Assembly (NCBI RefSeq): GCF_009834535.1
Contig: NC_045714.1
Location: 7,378,001-7,442,000 of the forward strand
Direction of reading: 5' to 3'
DNA: 64,000 bases
Origin: Camelus ferus
Lineage: Eukaryota
Made by a program: the position numbers and the translations under genes. The notes beneath the pieces were generated by a model. That model was given only the letters and a program-made list of their open reading frames with translations, ran no database searches and was not told the DNA's origin. Positions 51,308 through 64,000 of this stretch are shown in pieces (position 1 is the stretch's first letter; each line of letters opens with the position of its first letter).

Positions 51308-52091
51308 TGTAAGGGAAAAGAAGTTTGTTTACAAGTTAAAGGCCTGTAAATAGTTCCTGGACCCAATTCTAGCATGTGCATGAAGGCTTCCTATCACCAA
51401 TGAGCAATTCTTGGATGCCAGCAGGGTGTCCAAAGAGTTCAACTCAATTTTAACACTGTCTACCTGGAGGTAGAACCAGATTCCATAGGTAAAGAAAGGC
51501 TTTGTCCTACAAGACACCCTCCACTTCAGATGTCAGTTGCAAGCCCAGGTTGTCACATGTGCTTCTGAATGACTGACTGTAAATCATGCTCTCATGATCC
51601 TCTCCTTGGGTTTGATTTGTTGGTTAGAACCAACCACCAGATGAAGAGATACATCTGATGAGTTCTTGAACAAAGGAGCTTCTGTCCTCCTGGAGCACAG
51701 GGCCTGGTGTGGTGGCACATGGAAATGTTCTGGTTCTTCAGTCAGAAGCTCTCTGAAAAAGAAGGACCAAAATGCTGTCCTTTGGGTTGTTATGGAGGCT
51801 TCATTATGTAGTCATGATTGACTAAATCATTGAACAGGGGTGATTGATTCAACCTCAAGTCCCTCCCCTCTTTAGAAATTGGAGGATGAGACAGCCAGCA
51901 CCAATCCTCTAGTCACCTGATTGGTTCTCCTGGCAACCAGCCTCTGTTTTTAGGTGCTTATAAAAGTCATCTTATTCACATAATCAAAGACACCTTTATC
52001 ACTCTGAACACTTCCAAGAGTTTTGGAAGCTGTGAGCCATAAATTGTAGGTGAAGACCAAATATATATTTCTTATAAATCACAATATTGTA
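51308..52091 (-). mobile_element. MER21-family solo LTR
   Basis: caattcttggatgccagcagggtgtcc...caactcaattttaacactgtctacctggag... ggaggcttcattatgtagtcatgattgactaaatcattg. Confidence 0.7.
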
Positions 52092-53009
52092 GGACCCATT
52101 TATATTCTTTCATTCATAACTCTTCCTCAGTTTAAAAACAGTACAAAACAAAACCAATTATGGAAGAGCTAAAATTAAATAATTTTTTTTTCCTGTACTC
52201 CATCTCATTCCTTATTTCTGATTCTCCACAAGACTGCTAATTCTAGCATGCAAGTTGGAGATTACCCTAGGGCTGACACTGAGGACATGGTTTATTTTAA
52301 TTAGAGTGATTTTTCCCTCTTCTAAAAGATGCCCAAGTAGTTTTTCTGGCTAAAACCTCTTTAATCTCTGGTATCTGGCACTCAGCAATCAGCCTAACAA
52401 TCATGCTGAAAACTTACCACTTCATGACTATTTATGTCAAAAACATGGATGCTTTAAGTGAAGATCAGTTTCACAATTAGATAATTGGTATGCGTGACAT
52501 TCATCTACTGTTTCATTTGGAAATTGACTTGAAGATGAGAAAAAAATGAACCTTTTTTTTTTTTTTTTCAAAAGGGCAGATATTAGGAGATTTCCTTAAC
52601 ACCTAGATTATTTGTAGTGTAAGGTAGAAAGACTTCAGGGGCCTTGAGCTCACCTGTGAGAAATTATGTGGCGAGAGTTACCTTATTCTTTATGAGCAGG
52701 AGTGAGAAATAGTAGTAATCACATGGGGGGAAAATGGCCTTTTCTTTACCTCGCTGAAGAGAGTTAGAACTAACATTCAGGGTGTGGATTTATCTGCCTG
52801 GATCATGGTGAGTAAATAATAATGACATTAGTGATGGCTACTATTTGTTGAGCCTTTACTGTGTGCCAGAACTGTGCTCGTGGTTTACATACCTTATCCA
52901 TTAAATATTCCGCCAACGAACTCTTTAAGGTGGTTGATGTTTATCCCCATTTTAGAGATGAGGAAATGGCAGACCTGAAGTTTAAAGCCAAGTCTGTCTG
53001 ACTGTAGCC

Positions 53010-53232
53010 CAGAGGTTTTTAATTGGAGGTGATTGTGCCCCTTTCCTGCCAGGGGACACCTAGCAATGACTGGAGACATTTTTGGTTGCAATCTGGTTGG
53101 GGAGGTGCTATAGACATCGAGTGGGTGGAGGCCAGGGATGCTGTGAAACAGCCTACTGTCCACAGGACGGTCCCCCACAACATAGGGTTATCTGGTCCCT
53201 AATGTCAGTAATGCCAAGATTAAGAGAGCCTG
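53010..53232 (+). mobile_element. MER20 inserted in a MIR (about 52835-53290, minus)
   Basis: ggagacatttttggttgc...ggaggccagggatgctgtgaaacagcctactgtccacaggac. Confidence 0.9.
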
Positions 53233-54179
53233 CTCTAGAACTTGCACAACTAATACAGTCTTCCGAGTCTCTAGATTTAGAAGATGTCACCAGGGTTCTA
53301 GCTTCTTCATAATCCCAGGGAAGCAATTTGTGACTTTCTCTATCCATCTTTCCTGATTTGCCTCTTTCTCTTAGAAAAAAAAAAAAAAAAAAAAGCAGTA
53401 TTTTCCAAATAGCCACCAGATCCACGTTCTGTATACAGTGGACTAGAGATCTCTTATCCTTCCTTCATGTGAATTCCACAATCCCTTTTAGGGACTTTCA
53501 GTATAATAAACACAGATAACTACCTTTAGAGAACAGAAGTGCCATTACTGTGTTTCAGTCAGTCATGCTTCTTTATCCTTCTATCAAGCCAGCATTAAAT
53601 GTCTTAACCTGTCAAATGAATTTTTTTTGCCCCAAAAAGTGAAGATACATTACAAAAAGTGAGAGACCAGAGGCCAGTGCTCCCCAAACATAATTCGTGG
53701 TTCTGACAGGGTAGATGGTCTCACGTGCAATGCACCAGTCTATGTTGATGTCTTTCTCTTTTTATCCAGGTTTACCTCCCTGTGGCTTCAATCTTTTATC
53801 CACAGTCCACCTTCAAACCTCACATTGTGTGAACATCTAATTTATCTAGGGCCACGCCAGGCAAGCAACCTTTTCCTTACTGGGCTTCTTTGAGCTGTTC
53901 CTTCAGAGGGGCTTAGTTCTAAATCTCTGATCTCAAGCCAGATTAGAATTTCGGAGCTAATGATCAACAGTGACATCAAGCTTATTTCACGTTCCATATC
54001 TGATTCTACTCAAAGTGTAGTGGTTTTTTTTTTTTTTTTAATAGAAAAGAGGCTTCTAGAAAAGAAGCTATTAAAAAACAGAATCTTTTTATTTTAAGAA
54101 AAAGTCTCCTTTCAACTCCTCTACTTACCTAGCCATGAGGCAACTTTATGTTTCTCTCAGTTCTGACAAGTGCATTTAG

Positions 54180-56300
54180 GCTTCCTCCACAGCAGATCAA
54201 CATATAGAGTGCCATGCTGTGGGTGTGGCGTGCTGCCAGGCACTATGGGGGATCCACAGAAACAGAAGGAAAGTCTCTGCCCTCAGGGGTTTTACACTGT
54301 GGTTGGGGAAATGGGACATATGTACACACATGGAAACTGAAATAACTAAACAAGAGGTAAACAATAATACAAAGCAATAATCCAGGAGGTAGCAAGAAGT
54401 ATATCTGCTTTAAAAAAAAAAAAACAAAACAAAAGGTACAGCCCATTGTTCAGGAGGAAGCAAGTTCTCTATGGCCTGGAGCGTTCTGAAGTCTTCATGT
54501 AGAAAGGGGGATTTGAGGAAGAGAACATATTCTCAGGGAAATTAGAAAAAGAGGAAACCATATATAACAGAGGCTGGAGAGAAAACATGTAGGGTGGGTT
54601 CCAGGTGCCATGTGCCTACCAGATACAGTGCAGGACCATCCAGGACTATGTAGAAGTAAACCTAATGGGGTAGCAGAGGCCAGAATTTAGGAGACCTTAA
54701 ACGTCATGTGATAGAATTTCAGTTTTATTCCATAGGCACTGGGGAGTCATTGAAGCTTGCATCCAAATTAAAACAGCTCCCTAACTACCTTGGCTTTTAC
54801 TCGTGGCCCTCATCTAATCCACTTTCCAAAAGGCAGACAGACTTATTCTTTTAAGACAAAAATCTCATCATGTTGTTCCCTCACTTAAAGCCATCAGATG
54901 GTTTCCTATTGCAGTTGAATAAAACCCACATGCCACACTGCAGTTTCCATGGTCTTGTGTGATCTGGCCCCCAGCCTCATTTTAGGCATCTTTGCTCCTG
55001 AATCACAGTGCCCCAGCCATACTGTCTTTCTTGAAGACACAAATCTTGTTTCTACCAGAGGAACCATCTACTTGCTAGAACTCTGGCTTGAACTTGTCTT
55101 TTTTTTGATCCTCCAATGGTCAGTTCCTTCTTGGCATTTAACCCTCAGCACACACTCTACCTCCTTTGAAGTATCAGGTATGATTCTGGAGTATTTTCTT
55201 CATAGCTCTTACCACTGTCTAAAATTATATTATGTATATGCTTTGTTTGTTTGTACCCACTAGTAAATCTGTCTGTTTACTCCTAGCTTATCATGGGTTC
55301 ATCCTGATGCTGAGTATGGTGCATGGCATAACTAAGTTTCAATACATATTTGTTGAGGGGATGGATGAGTGGGGTAGAGACTGACATAGAACGGTGAATT
55401 ATAGAACTGTTATAATATTGATTCATCCATCAAATATCTATGGAGGTCTTCTTTACTAGTAGCTTGAGGATGCAGCACTGAAGTCCCTCGCACGATGGTG
55501 CTGACAGATGAGGGGACCAGGATTTAGCAAGTGATGTCAAGTGTGGTGAATGGTACCCGAGAAGAGATGAGGTTAAGACGGCACATCCCAAGGGAGGCTG
55601 TCCTAGACGCTGGGGTCATGGACTTCTCCGAGACCCACATTATGGGAAGGATTTGGGTAAGAGAAGGAGGTAGGGGGAGAGGAAACTGTTCTGGGTGGAA
55701 GGAATAGCATTTGTGGAGACAGTGAAATGGGAGATTGTGGATGTACCTCAAGGACCAGAAGATGGCCAGGATGGCTGGAATGGACCAGGAGTGGAGAGAA
55801 CAATATCATGAGGTCATAGAGTCCATCAGGGATCAAATTTTGAAGGAAGACATGAAGAAGATTTTAAATTTAATTAAAAAGTCACTGTGGAGGGGTTTGT
55901 AATCAGATCTGGCTTTTTCAAAGATCTTCTTGTATGGCTTTTGGATAAAAAAGGATGTGGGATAGTCAGTTAGGACGTCGTGTAAAATTATTAAGGTGGT
56001 AGTGGTGGTAGTGCTGGAGAAGATACTCATATTTGGAGGCAGAATTTTTCTTGGTGATTATCTGGATGTGAGTGATGGGAGACATGGTGTTTCGCCCTTC
56101 TAGCTGGGTTTTTGGTTCTTAGGAAACAGATGGACAGGTAGTGTCATTCACTGAGATCAGCATTTTCCTGGGAGGAAAGTTAGTTCAGTTTTGGGTATGT
56201 TGAATTAAGATACCTCGAGATATTTGAGAGTTACCATTTAGAGAAATGCCAAAGAGGAAAACAATAATCTAGGAATAGAGTGATGGTGGTTGGCTCATGA
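54180..56300. mobile_element. Cluster of L2 fragments in both orientations
   Basis: aagtctctgccctcaggggttttacactgt (minus); ctaatccactttccaaaaggcagacag...catatttgttgag (plus); gtagtgtcattcactgagat (minus). Confidence 0.65.
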
Positions 56301-56858
56301 GGTGGCAACAGGAATGGCAAACAAAAGACACAAGATTCATTTTCTATCCCAAATGCTTTAAAATATCCTTCTTCCCCATCCCCCCCCCAAAGACTTAGCT
56401 GCAGTCTTAGATATTAAAAATATGGATAAAATCCCAATTGCGAGTTGGCTGCTGGAAGAAGGGAAGAAATTCTGAAAAGAGCCTTAATTCAGTGTTCACG
56501 TTTGCACCAAATTACTGTATTTAAAAGGAGAAAATGTGATTTTACAAATTATGAAAAACATCTCAAGTGTCCTTTTTAAACTGTAATAGATTCTCTACTC
56601 CAAAGACCATTTTTGCACTGCAGAAATTAGTATAAATGTTGCTCTGTTTTATGGCATGGGGAGACAAGGAGATGTGGCAGTACCAGGATTTTATTAAACT
56701 CTGGACAAATTGGGGAGGATGTTTCCTGCTATTTGAAAGAAGTGACTGATCTTTTTTTTTTTTTTTTTTTTTTTTTTGATTTGGAAATGCTAAGAGGAAA
56801 GGAAAGCTGCAGAAATGGCTTAAAACAGCTCTGTGGTGCATTTGGCAGGAAGTTTAGA

Positions 56859-56859
56859 G

Positions 56860-56914
<55 letters not shown>
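56859..56914. repeat. (GT)3 GC (GT)24 microsatellite
   Basis: Read directly from the sequence. Confidence 0.95.
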
Positions 56915-56916
<2 letters not shown>

Positions 56917-57608
56917 ATCCCAGGGAGAAATTAGGGGGAAAAGGTGACTTTTATTGCTGAAATTAATTTTATTGTCATACTAACTAACCCTCTTCCTCCT
57001 CACTCCTTGCTATCACACAGAGATAAAAAGGTGACGAGAAATGCTTTTTCAGACACCATGGTTTCTCACAGTGTTTGGGAATTCTGGCAGCCGAATGTTA
57101 GGTTTGTAAATATGTCCCAGAAAACTGCAAAGCTACAAACAGATACATAAAGAATGAGGAATCTGATTAAGAAATGAGCATTTATGTTTTTACTGGATTT
57201 TACTTTTAACATAAAACATCTTGGAAAAAGTTTTATGATTTAGCATTTATGAATGACTAGATTTTAAGAGAATTGTAATATTTTTTTAGGGTATTTCAGC
57301 TCTATGNNNNNNNNNNNNNNNNNNNNNNNNNNNNNNNNNNNNNNNNNNNNNNNNNNNNNNNNNNNNNNNNNNNNNNNNNNNNNNNNNNNNNNNNNNNNNN
57401 NNNNNNNNNNNNNNNNNNNNNNNNNNNNNNNNNNNNNNNNNNNNNNNNNNNNNNNNNNNNNNNNNNNNNNNNNNNNNNNNNNNNNNNNNNNNNNNNNNNN
57501 NNNNNNNNNNNNNNNNNNNNNNNNNNNNNNNNNNNNNNNNNNNNNNNNNNNNNNNNNNNNNNNNNNATTTAATTTATCCATCCAAGACCACCAGAAGTAT
57601 GAAAATAC

Positions 57609-57863
57609 CTGAAATTGGAGCATGAGGTTCGTAACAGAGGCAAGGACACGCTTGCTGAGTGAGGATTTGAAACCCGAAATGGTTTCAAATACCATATTAG
57701 AGCTGAGAGTTAAAGAGACGTTGGTGTACGATACTGCACAAAAGGTGAAGTGGGTTTTTAACCTTTGTTGAGAAGTGGCCCACCTGGAGACATAGAACAT
57801 TACAGAAGAAGAACAATGCTCTCTGGCTGGCAGTGCATCCACCTTTACCACAATGATAGCCAC
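57609..57863 (-). other. Candidate 255-nt exon (85 codons, phase 0-0), unassigned
   Basis: ttacttccacccatactgtAG|GTGGCT...TTTCAG|GTATTT; one frame fully open; alternative acceptor tgtctccAG before 57783. Confidence 0.3.
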
Positions 57864-57919
57864 CTACAGTATGGGTGGAAGTAAACTAGAGCTTTCTAAT
57901 ACTCTGAATTCCCTCATTC

Positions 57920-58052
57920 TTTTTTTTTTTTTTTTTTTTTTTGAGTGGGTAAATTAGGTTTGTTTATTTGTTTAACCAGAGGTACTGGGGATTGAACCCA
58001 GGACCTTGTGCATGCTAAGCACATGCTCTACCACTGGGCTATACCCTCCCCC
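57920..58052 (-). mobile_element. Camelid tRNA-derived SINE (Vic-1-like)
   Basis: Reverse complement GGGGAGGGTATAGCCCAGTGGTAGAGCATGTGCTTAGCATGCACAAGGTCCTGGGTTCAATCCCCAG with A and B boxes, aaacctaatt body and A23 tail. Confidence 0.85.
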
Positions 58053-58700
58053 TCCCTCTTATATTATTCGCTGGTCTTGATCCTTCTGCTTTCCCACAAA
58101 TGATATTGGAATACCTTTTGTAGGAAAACATATCCCCAGCAATATTCTAAGCAGATGTGTTATATCAGCACAAAGGCAGGAAGGTGAGAGAAATCATAAT
58201 TGGAGACAAGGGAAAGCAAGGAGAAAGACTCCCTAAAGAAAGTAGGGATTTAGCTCTGACCTTTAACCAGAAAAGTCAGGGCAGTCATCCAGGAGTGGAC
58301 CAATGCTTTCCTTCTTTGCAGATTTGCTTATTGAACGAGATGGAACTTGCTCCCTCTTTTGAAAGAGAATACAAGAGGACTTGAAAATGCTTTTATCACT
58401 TTGCGCAAGGAACAAGCTGAAAGTTTGTGTGTTTTTCTTTTACTATTTGAGGTTTTCTTAGTATTACAGCCCAGCAACTTGTTCATCACCTTTAAGGCGA
58501 TACGTTACTAAAATAAAAGAAAATCAACCAAAATCACCGCACTGTTCTGTTTGTCTAAAACACTTTGTTTCCCATGGCTGGTTTTTTCTCATTATTCAGA
58601 TTTCAACTCAAATGCCGCTGCTTTACTGAGCCCTCCCCAGACGTTATATTCAACTCCCCATCCCTGACACACGTCATCTGTCACCCTTTCTGTTTCTTCT

Positions 58701-59350
58701 TAGAGCCAGCAAACTTTTTCTGTAAAGACTCAGAGAGCAAATGTTTTAGAATTTATGGAGCACATGATGTATGCCCCAAGTGCTTAACACTCCACTGTAG
58801 CACCAAAGCAGCTACATGTGAACAAAGAAGAACAAAAGAGCACGGCTCATCAACCAGTTGTACAAGGGTTAAGTCAACCCCGTCTCCCCAGCAATCTCCC
58901 ACCAACAGTACACCCTGAGGGGGATTCAGGATGAAAAACAAGACGAAGTACTCTAGATAAAGGCGCCTCTAGGTAGTTAGGTGCATATCTCAGGAACAAT
59001 TTTAATGACCCCAGATTCTTGCATCTTCCCATACATAGAAAAGTGCAAAAATCATTAACTTCAAATGTGTTCCTTGTGATTAACAGCAATTTTTTACCAA
59101 GATGTATGCTTGACTACAAGTATTTCCTAGCCAAAAAATTCTTATGTGTACTGGTTCCTCCTACCTCTTCGGAGCAGTTTCTCAGAGCTGTAGTCCCAGG
59201 CTATAGTTCTCAGAGACCCTGAGTAAAATGTAAACTCATAACTCTTGTGCGCGTTTTTCATTAAGTTGACGCACAGATAACATGTAAACGTTGTTCTGAT
59301 AATACTTTATTTACAAGAACAGCCTGTGAGCCATAGTTTGCCAACCTTTG
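58701..59350. mobile_element. MER58A split by an ERV1-type solo LTR (58817-59271)
   Basis: ccagcaaactttttctgtaaag...aaagcagctaca | TGTGAAC...AAGTTGACG | cacagataacatgtaaacg...tagtttgccaacctttg; 4-bp TSD taca/caca. Confidence 0.75.
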
Positions 59351-61849
59351 TTTTAAGAGAAACTTTTGTTTGAAACTTTTGCGTGCATTTATGTATTTTC
59401 CAAGTCTGCACGTCTCTCTCCATTAGAATTTGAGATTCACAAGGCCAGCAATATAATCTCCTCTAAGTTTACCACTACATCGTGAACGCTAAAAGGGTAG
59501 CACATATTAGGTGTTCAGTAAATATACGATGAGAAAATGAGCCAAAATGTCTCTCTTAAGTAGTCATTGTGCTGTTTTATTCTACTGTTTTAAAGTACAA
59601 AGCAAACCTATAATTTCTTGGAAAATGGTACAAAGTAATTTTTTTAAGTGAAGAGTTTTGGTGTATTTGTAAAATGACATGTTGGAGTTAAAACATCTTG
59701 AATTAATTTGGGGTTTACCTTATGGATTTAGTTCAAGCCCTTAGTTCAGATTTCATTCAGACTAGACTGAATGTGATTTAATACACTTCACCCCACTCCA
59801 CATTGTTATTTGATGGATTCCATGAAAATATTATAGCTCATGAGTTTGCTGTCACCTGAGTATATAATCCATGCTGCAATCAAAGGGCACTCAGCACTGT
59901 AGAATATTATGAATTCTGGTGGACTCAGTCACTTATTAAAGAGTTCCACTTCATTCATTGTCAGTGTAATTTGCCAGCAAGTCCATAGTTTGACTGTGGG
60001 GCCTAACCTAGCCAATCAGTTTGAGTGGTTCTGTTTCCTGACACTTTGGGATGTTAAAATTCTTCCCACAGTTTCAGACATATTCTTTATTCCTAATCCT
60101 GGTACATTCGGAACTGGAAAGCAGATTTCCAGTGTCTGTGTAGTGGTTGTGGAGGGTTGGGGGAGTTGTTTGAAGCAAGTATCATTCCAACAGAATTAAT
60201 TTGCAAAGTTCATTTTGCAAAGTTCCTTGGCTGAAAATCTTCATGTAAATGCAGCTATTTGTACAAATTGTGTTCTTTTCATTTGTGAGCTGGTTTGGAA
60301 ACCAACATTTGGCATTTTTTTCACAACAGGTTTCCCAGACTCCTAATCTAGGTATCACTGAAAAGTTGTAGATTGTCTTTTAGCAGAAATCACATGAGAT
60401 GTAATCAAATATCACCCTTTTCTTGGACTCAGTTCACCTTTAGGAAGCCTAAATTCACTAGAATGGAGGAGAGAGTTTTTACAGAGTTTCAGTGATGTGG
60501 AATGTTCAGATTTGCTGCCCTTCAAAAATCACTTCTAACTGAGGAAGGCTCTTGTGGATCTGAACTCTCCTCGGCAGCCCTCTAGGACAGGGTACTTGAG
60601 GAGTAGTAAGATTTTGCTACTGTTGGTAAGTATCAAATTCCTTTCCTTTTTTATTGACTTTGGACATTTAGGAAGCCATTGACAGTTCATAAAGAATGAA
60701 GACTGAAGGAAGGTCTTTAGTATGAGCTCAACCTAGGCATGAATGCAGTGTTCATATGTTGATTTTTATCTTCCTATCTTCCCATTGCAAGGTATTCTGG
60801 TGAGACTTTTAATTATGATCATCCACTCTATGAAATGGGACCCCCCAATGGGACCTTCATAATAGGACTCATTATCTTTATCTCTCTGCTTGGTCTAGGC
60901 ATGAACTCCTAACTAGATCAGCTGTTTAGAGTCTTCTCTGGAACTGACAAGTAGACAGTGAAGAGAAGAAATTCTTTTTCCACTGGGGTTGATAAACTTC
61001 AACAGTGGATCCTAGGGAGGAGAAGTATGGGGTCATTTCCTCTATGAAGAACATATCCAAGCAAAGGTTAGCAGTCCTAAAATGCAGGAAATGAAAGAGA
61101 CCAGATGTTGTTGACAAGCTTTTCCTAAAGGCAACCATACCCTGGTCTTCCCAAATTTATGAGCCAATCAATCCTCCTTTTTTAACTTAACCATTTGATT
61201 TGGGTTTTCTGTCACTTGCAACCAAAAGAATTCTGGCTAATATGGCTATTTTCTATCATTCTTAATCTTCTCCCCAACCTACAGCTCTATGATACATACT
61301 TTTTACCCTAAGAAATACCTTTTAAGCAACTTAACATGTTGAATGAATGGATCTGTAGTTTTATTCTACATACTCATTTTGTGGGGTGGTCTGTATAAAA
61401 TGTAAAAGCATAGTTTAATTCCCCAAAAGAATCTAGCATTTCTGTAAAACAGCTTCTTAATTAAAAAGATATGCCAGAGTCTTTTTGAGATACTGATTAT
61501 TTGATTTATTTGGAGTAGACCAGGCATGCCTGGTTGAGAACTACAGCTCTATAGCTTTGATGACTTAATTATTAAATGTATTTTTATTGATTCCTGGGCT
61601 TGGACCTTACAAATTATTTTCATTGAAGTCTTTTTTGATAGAAAAGTCTCAGGGGCAACTTAGCTTGGGGCACGTGCCAATTGAAATATATTCACTGTGG
61701 CCAGAGGAAAATAATGCTCTATTTGGTGGGACCTGGGTCACCCATCTTTGGAACAAAGAAAAGATGTCATCCCTATCCCCTCTCCCCCCATGAACTGAGT
61801 AAGATCTATCTGTAGTGTAGAGGAGAGCTGTCTCCAAAGAATGGGATAT

Positions 61850-62110
61850 TGGGGAAACAAAGTAATAAAATCAGGAATAGCCAAATGGAAGGGATGCATA
61901 GGGCAAAATATGGGGGAGGGTGGCGGCTGAGCTTCCATAGCCTCTCCGGGCATGTCACTCTCCCAGTATCTCCATATGTTCACTAACCTGAAAACTCTCT
62001 CAACCCCTTCAGTTAAGGTTTTTATGGAGACTTCATTATGTAAACATGATTGATGAAACCGTTGGCCACTGGGGACTGAACTCAATCTCTAGGTCTTCTC
62101 CTATCCCCCA
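61850..62110 (-). mobile_element. MER21-family LTR fragment
   Basis: atggaagggatgcatagggcaaaatatggg...ttttatggagacttcattatgtaaacatgattgatgaaaccgttggcc. Confidence 0.6.
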
Positions 62111-62619
62111 AACCAAGTAAATGGATGGGGGAAGCAGGCTGTGCGTTTGCAGAATTTCCTCTATTCTTTGTCTCACTTACGCCACCTTCCTCTCTTCCCT
62201 GTCCGTATGGTAGACATTTCTGCCTTAGATTCACGGTCTCAGCATTTAGAATGTAACTGTCTTGAGGCCCCCTCCTTCCTTGTGGTTGCAAACTAGTAAG
62301 TAAATACCTGACAGGTGTCCTGCATGAGTTCAGTCTGCCCCTGCTCCTTGAAAGCCAACTTTATATTTCTATCATCCCCTCCAGTATTCAGTTGTAAATA
62401 CATAACTAGGCTTCCTTAAGATATAGGAAAGTTTTGCAAAGAAGTACATTCTGCAATGGGAGTAGATGGGGCTGTGACTCAGGTCATGTTCTTGGATTTT
62501 AATATGACTCTTCTGTTGATTGTTCATTTAAGAGAAAAGAGAATTGAGAGGGAGGGACTCTCGGTTACTAGACCAGCACTTGATATCTCAGTATCATAAG
62601 TCACATTTTCAGAAAAATC

Positions 62620-62980
62620 ACATCGTTCATTTTTTCTAAAATATTTATTTGCACTTACATGTCACATTTCACTCGATATTACTTTGTGTAAGAGTAGCAG
62701 CATTCTTGCCCTTGTGGGGCTTGTAATCTAGCTGGGGAGACAGAGCAAAAACGGATGAACACAAGACAATTGATGAAATGGTTATAAATGGTGATTACTG
62801 CTATGAAGGAGGAAAAGAGGACACTGAGGAGGGTGGTCAGGGAAAGCCTGTTTGGGAAAGTGACCTCTGCACTGAGACCCCTCCATGGAGTAAGGGAGAG
62901 CTAAGTATTGCGGGCAACAGAAGAACATGTGAAAAGCATCCATCCAAATGACAGCCAGGAGAAAGTGAACGTTCTTCAAG
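62620..62980 (-). mobile_element. L2 fragment
   Basis: cttgcccttgtggggcttgtaatctagctggggagacag... gggtggtcagggaaagcctg. Confidence 0.7.
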
Positions 62981-63223
62981 TATATTATTCAACAGCAATT
63001 GCAATTATGTGATGTTGATTGGCTCCAAAAAGAAGTGGCAAGAAGTCTGGAAACTCATCCTGACAATGAGCTTCTCGGTGCCACGAATTGTGCATGTGTG
63101 TTTGTTCAAGCAGTTTTGTTTTTCCACTTCCTCATTTTCCTAATGCCGTCATGCAGCTGCCTCACCTGAATGCCAGTCGCTAAATGAGGCAGCAGCTATG
63201 GATCCAGGGAAACAAAGGGGAAT

Positions 63224-63237
63224 GTTGCCATAGTAAC
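63224..63237. promoter_or_regulatory. RFX X-box motif
   Basis: GTTGCCATAGTAAC fits the palindromic X-box GTTGCCATGGCAAC at 12 of 14 positions; lies in unique, CpG-containing sequence. Confidence 0.55.
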
Positions 63238-64000
63238 AGAGGCCAAGGAGAACAGCTCCTCCTCCTGCTCTCCGGAGTCCCTCTCGCAAGGGGAGGCTGG
63301 GGAGACGTCCTCAGCTAGATGCTCCCAGTTATGGGGCTGGCAGGGCCTTTCTCAGCCCTCAGTTAGTTTCCCAACCATCCCTTTGAGCATTTTAGGAAAG
63401 TTACTCAGTCCTTAGTTACCAAACATGGAAGAGAGAAATGAAATAGCTTAGATGTTTCATTTAGACTGGATTATAGGTTAGACTGGCTTTTATTCCTTTG
63501 GAATTATTTTGCATTTCTTCATTCCTACTGCCCCTTTCTCTTCCTATCAGTCTCCATGCACATAAAATATACATCAGCTGGTATTTGAGACACGGTACCC
63601 TGACTCCATTTACCAGGCAAAATTGTAGTGCTCCCTGCAGTATTGTAATATGAGTAGTTGCCCAAAGTTCTATGACATATCACTGTTCCCACTGTTGGAA
63701 AGAGTGATTTTTTGAAATATTCATCATGTTCTGATCAATTTTAACAGATCATGGTATCTGTAAAAAGATAATACTTGACAGCAAATGAATTGAAGCTGTT
63801 TTAATTGGACTGAAGTTCCCTTGTGAGAATTTAATGTTTTTTTTATTGACATTTCCAGGAATCTATCCCAGAGAAATTGGAATCTCCTTATGAAATGCCA
63901 TCCTCACCTATCTTTTGCATGCTCAGAAATTGCTCCTATTTCCACATGAAATTGAAGTCTTAATTTATACAGTTTTACCATTCTACTCCTTGGTCATCTT

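Noticed and set aside
57960-58052. tRNA gene
   Set aside because: The tRNA-like head is followed by a SINE body and poly(A), with no acceptor-stem closure
1-64000. Prokaryotic-type systems (operons, CRISPR, defence islands) or a tandem TSPY ampliconic array
   Set aside because: The sequence is mammalian and repeat-rich, with no regularly spaced repeats and only one TSPY copy in the window

Overview
Mammalian genomic DNA, most likely camelid: it contains a Vic-1-type tRNA-derived SINE at 57920-58052 and cetartiodactyl-type L1 3' ends, and I saw no Bov-tA, BovB, PRE-1 or Alu. Five short N gaps suggest a short-read scaffold. The window is mostly old interspersed repeats (MIR, L2, L1M, MLT/ERVL/ERV1 solo LTRs, hAT MITEs, one Charlie1a). 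One protein-coding unit is clear: an intronless, frame-intact copy of TSPY at 2250-3167 (+). It resembles the Y-linked TSPY itself rather than TSPYL1/4/5/6 or TSPX. It has an AATAAA, a genomic poly(A) remnant and a CpG-rich promoter-like segment upstream, so it is a candidate Y-derived retrogene in MIR/L2-rich, non-Y-looking DNA. Several unique, exon-like or promoter-like segments could not be assigned to a known gene: 467-770, 16350-16590, 17623-17662, 21568-21592, 23170-23460, 25330-25620, 52418-52527, 57609-57863, and an RFX X-box at 63224. Repeat subfamily names and the human TSPY comparison come from recall of consensus sequences, not from a search, and repeat boundaries are approximate unless a TSD is quoted. 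No prokaryotic features, CRISPR arrays or true tRNA/rRNA genes were found.
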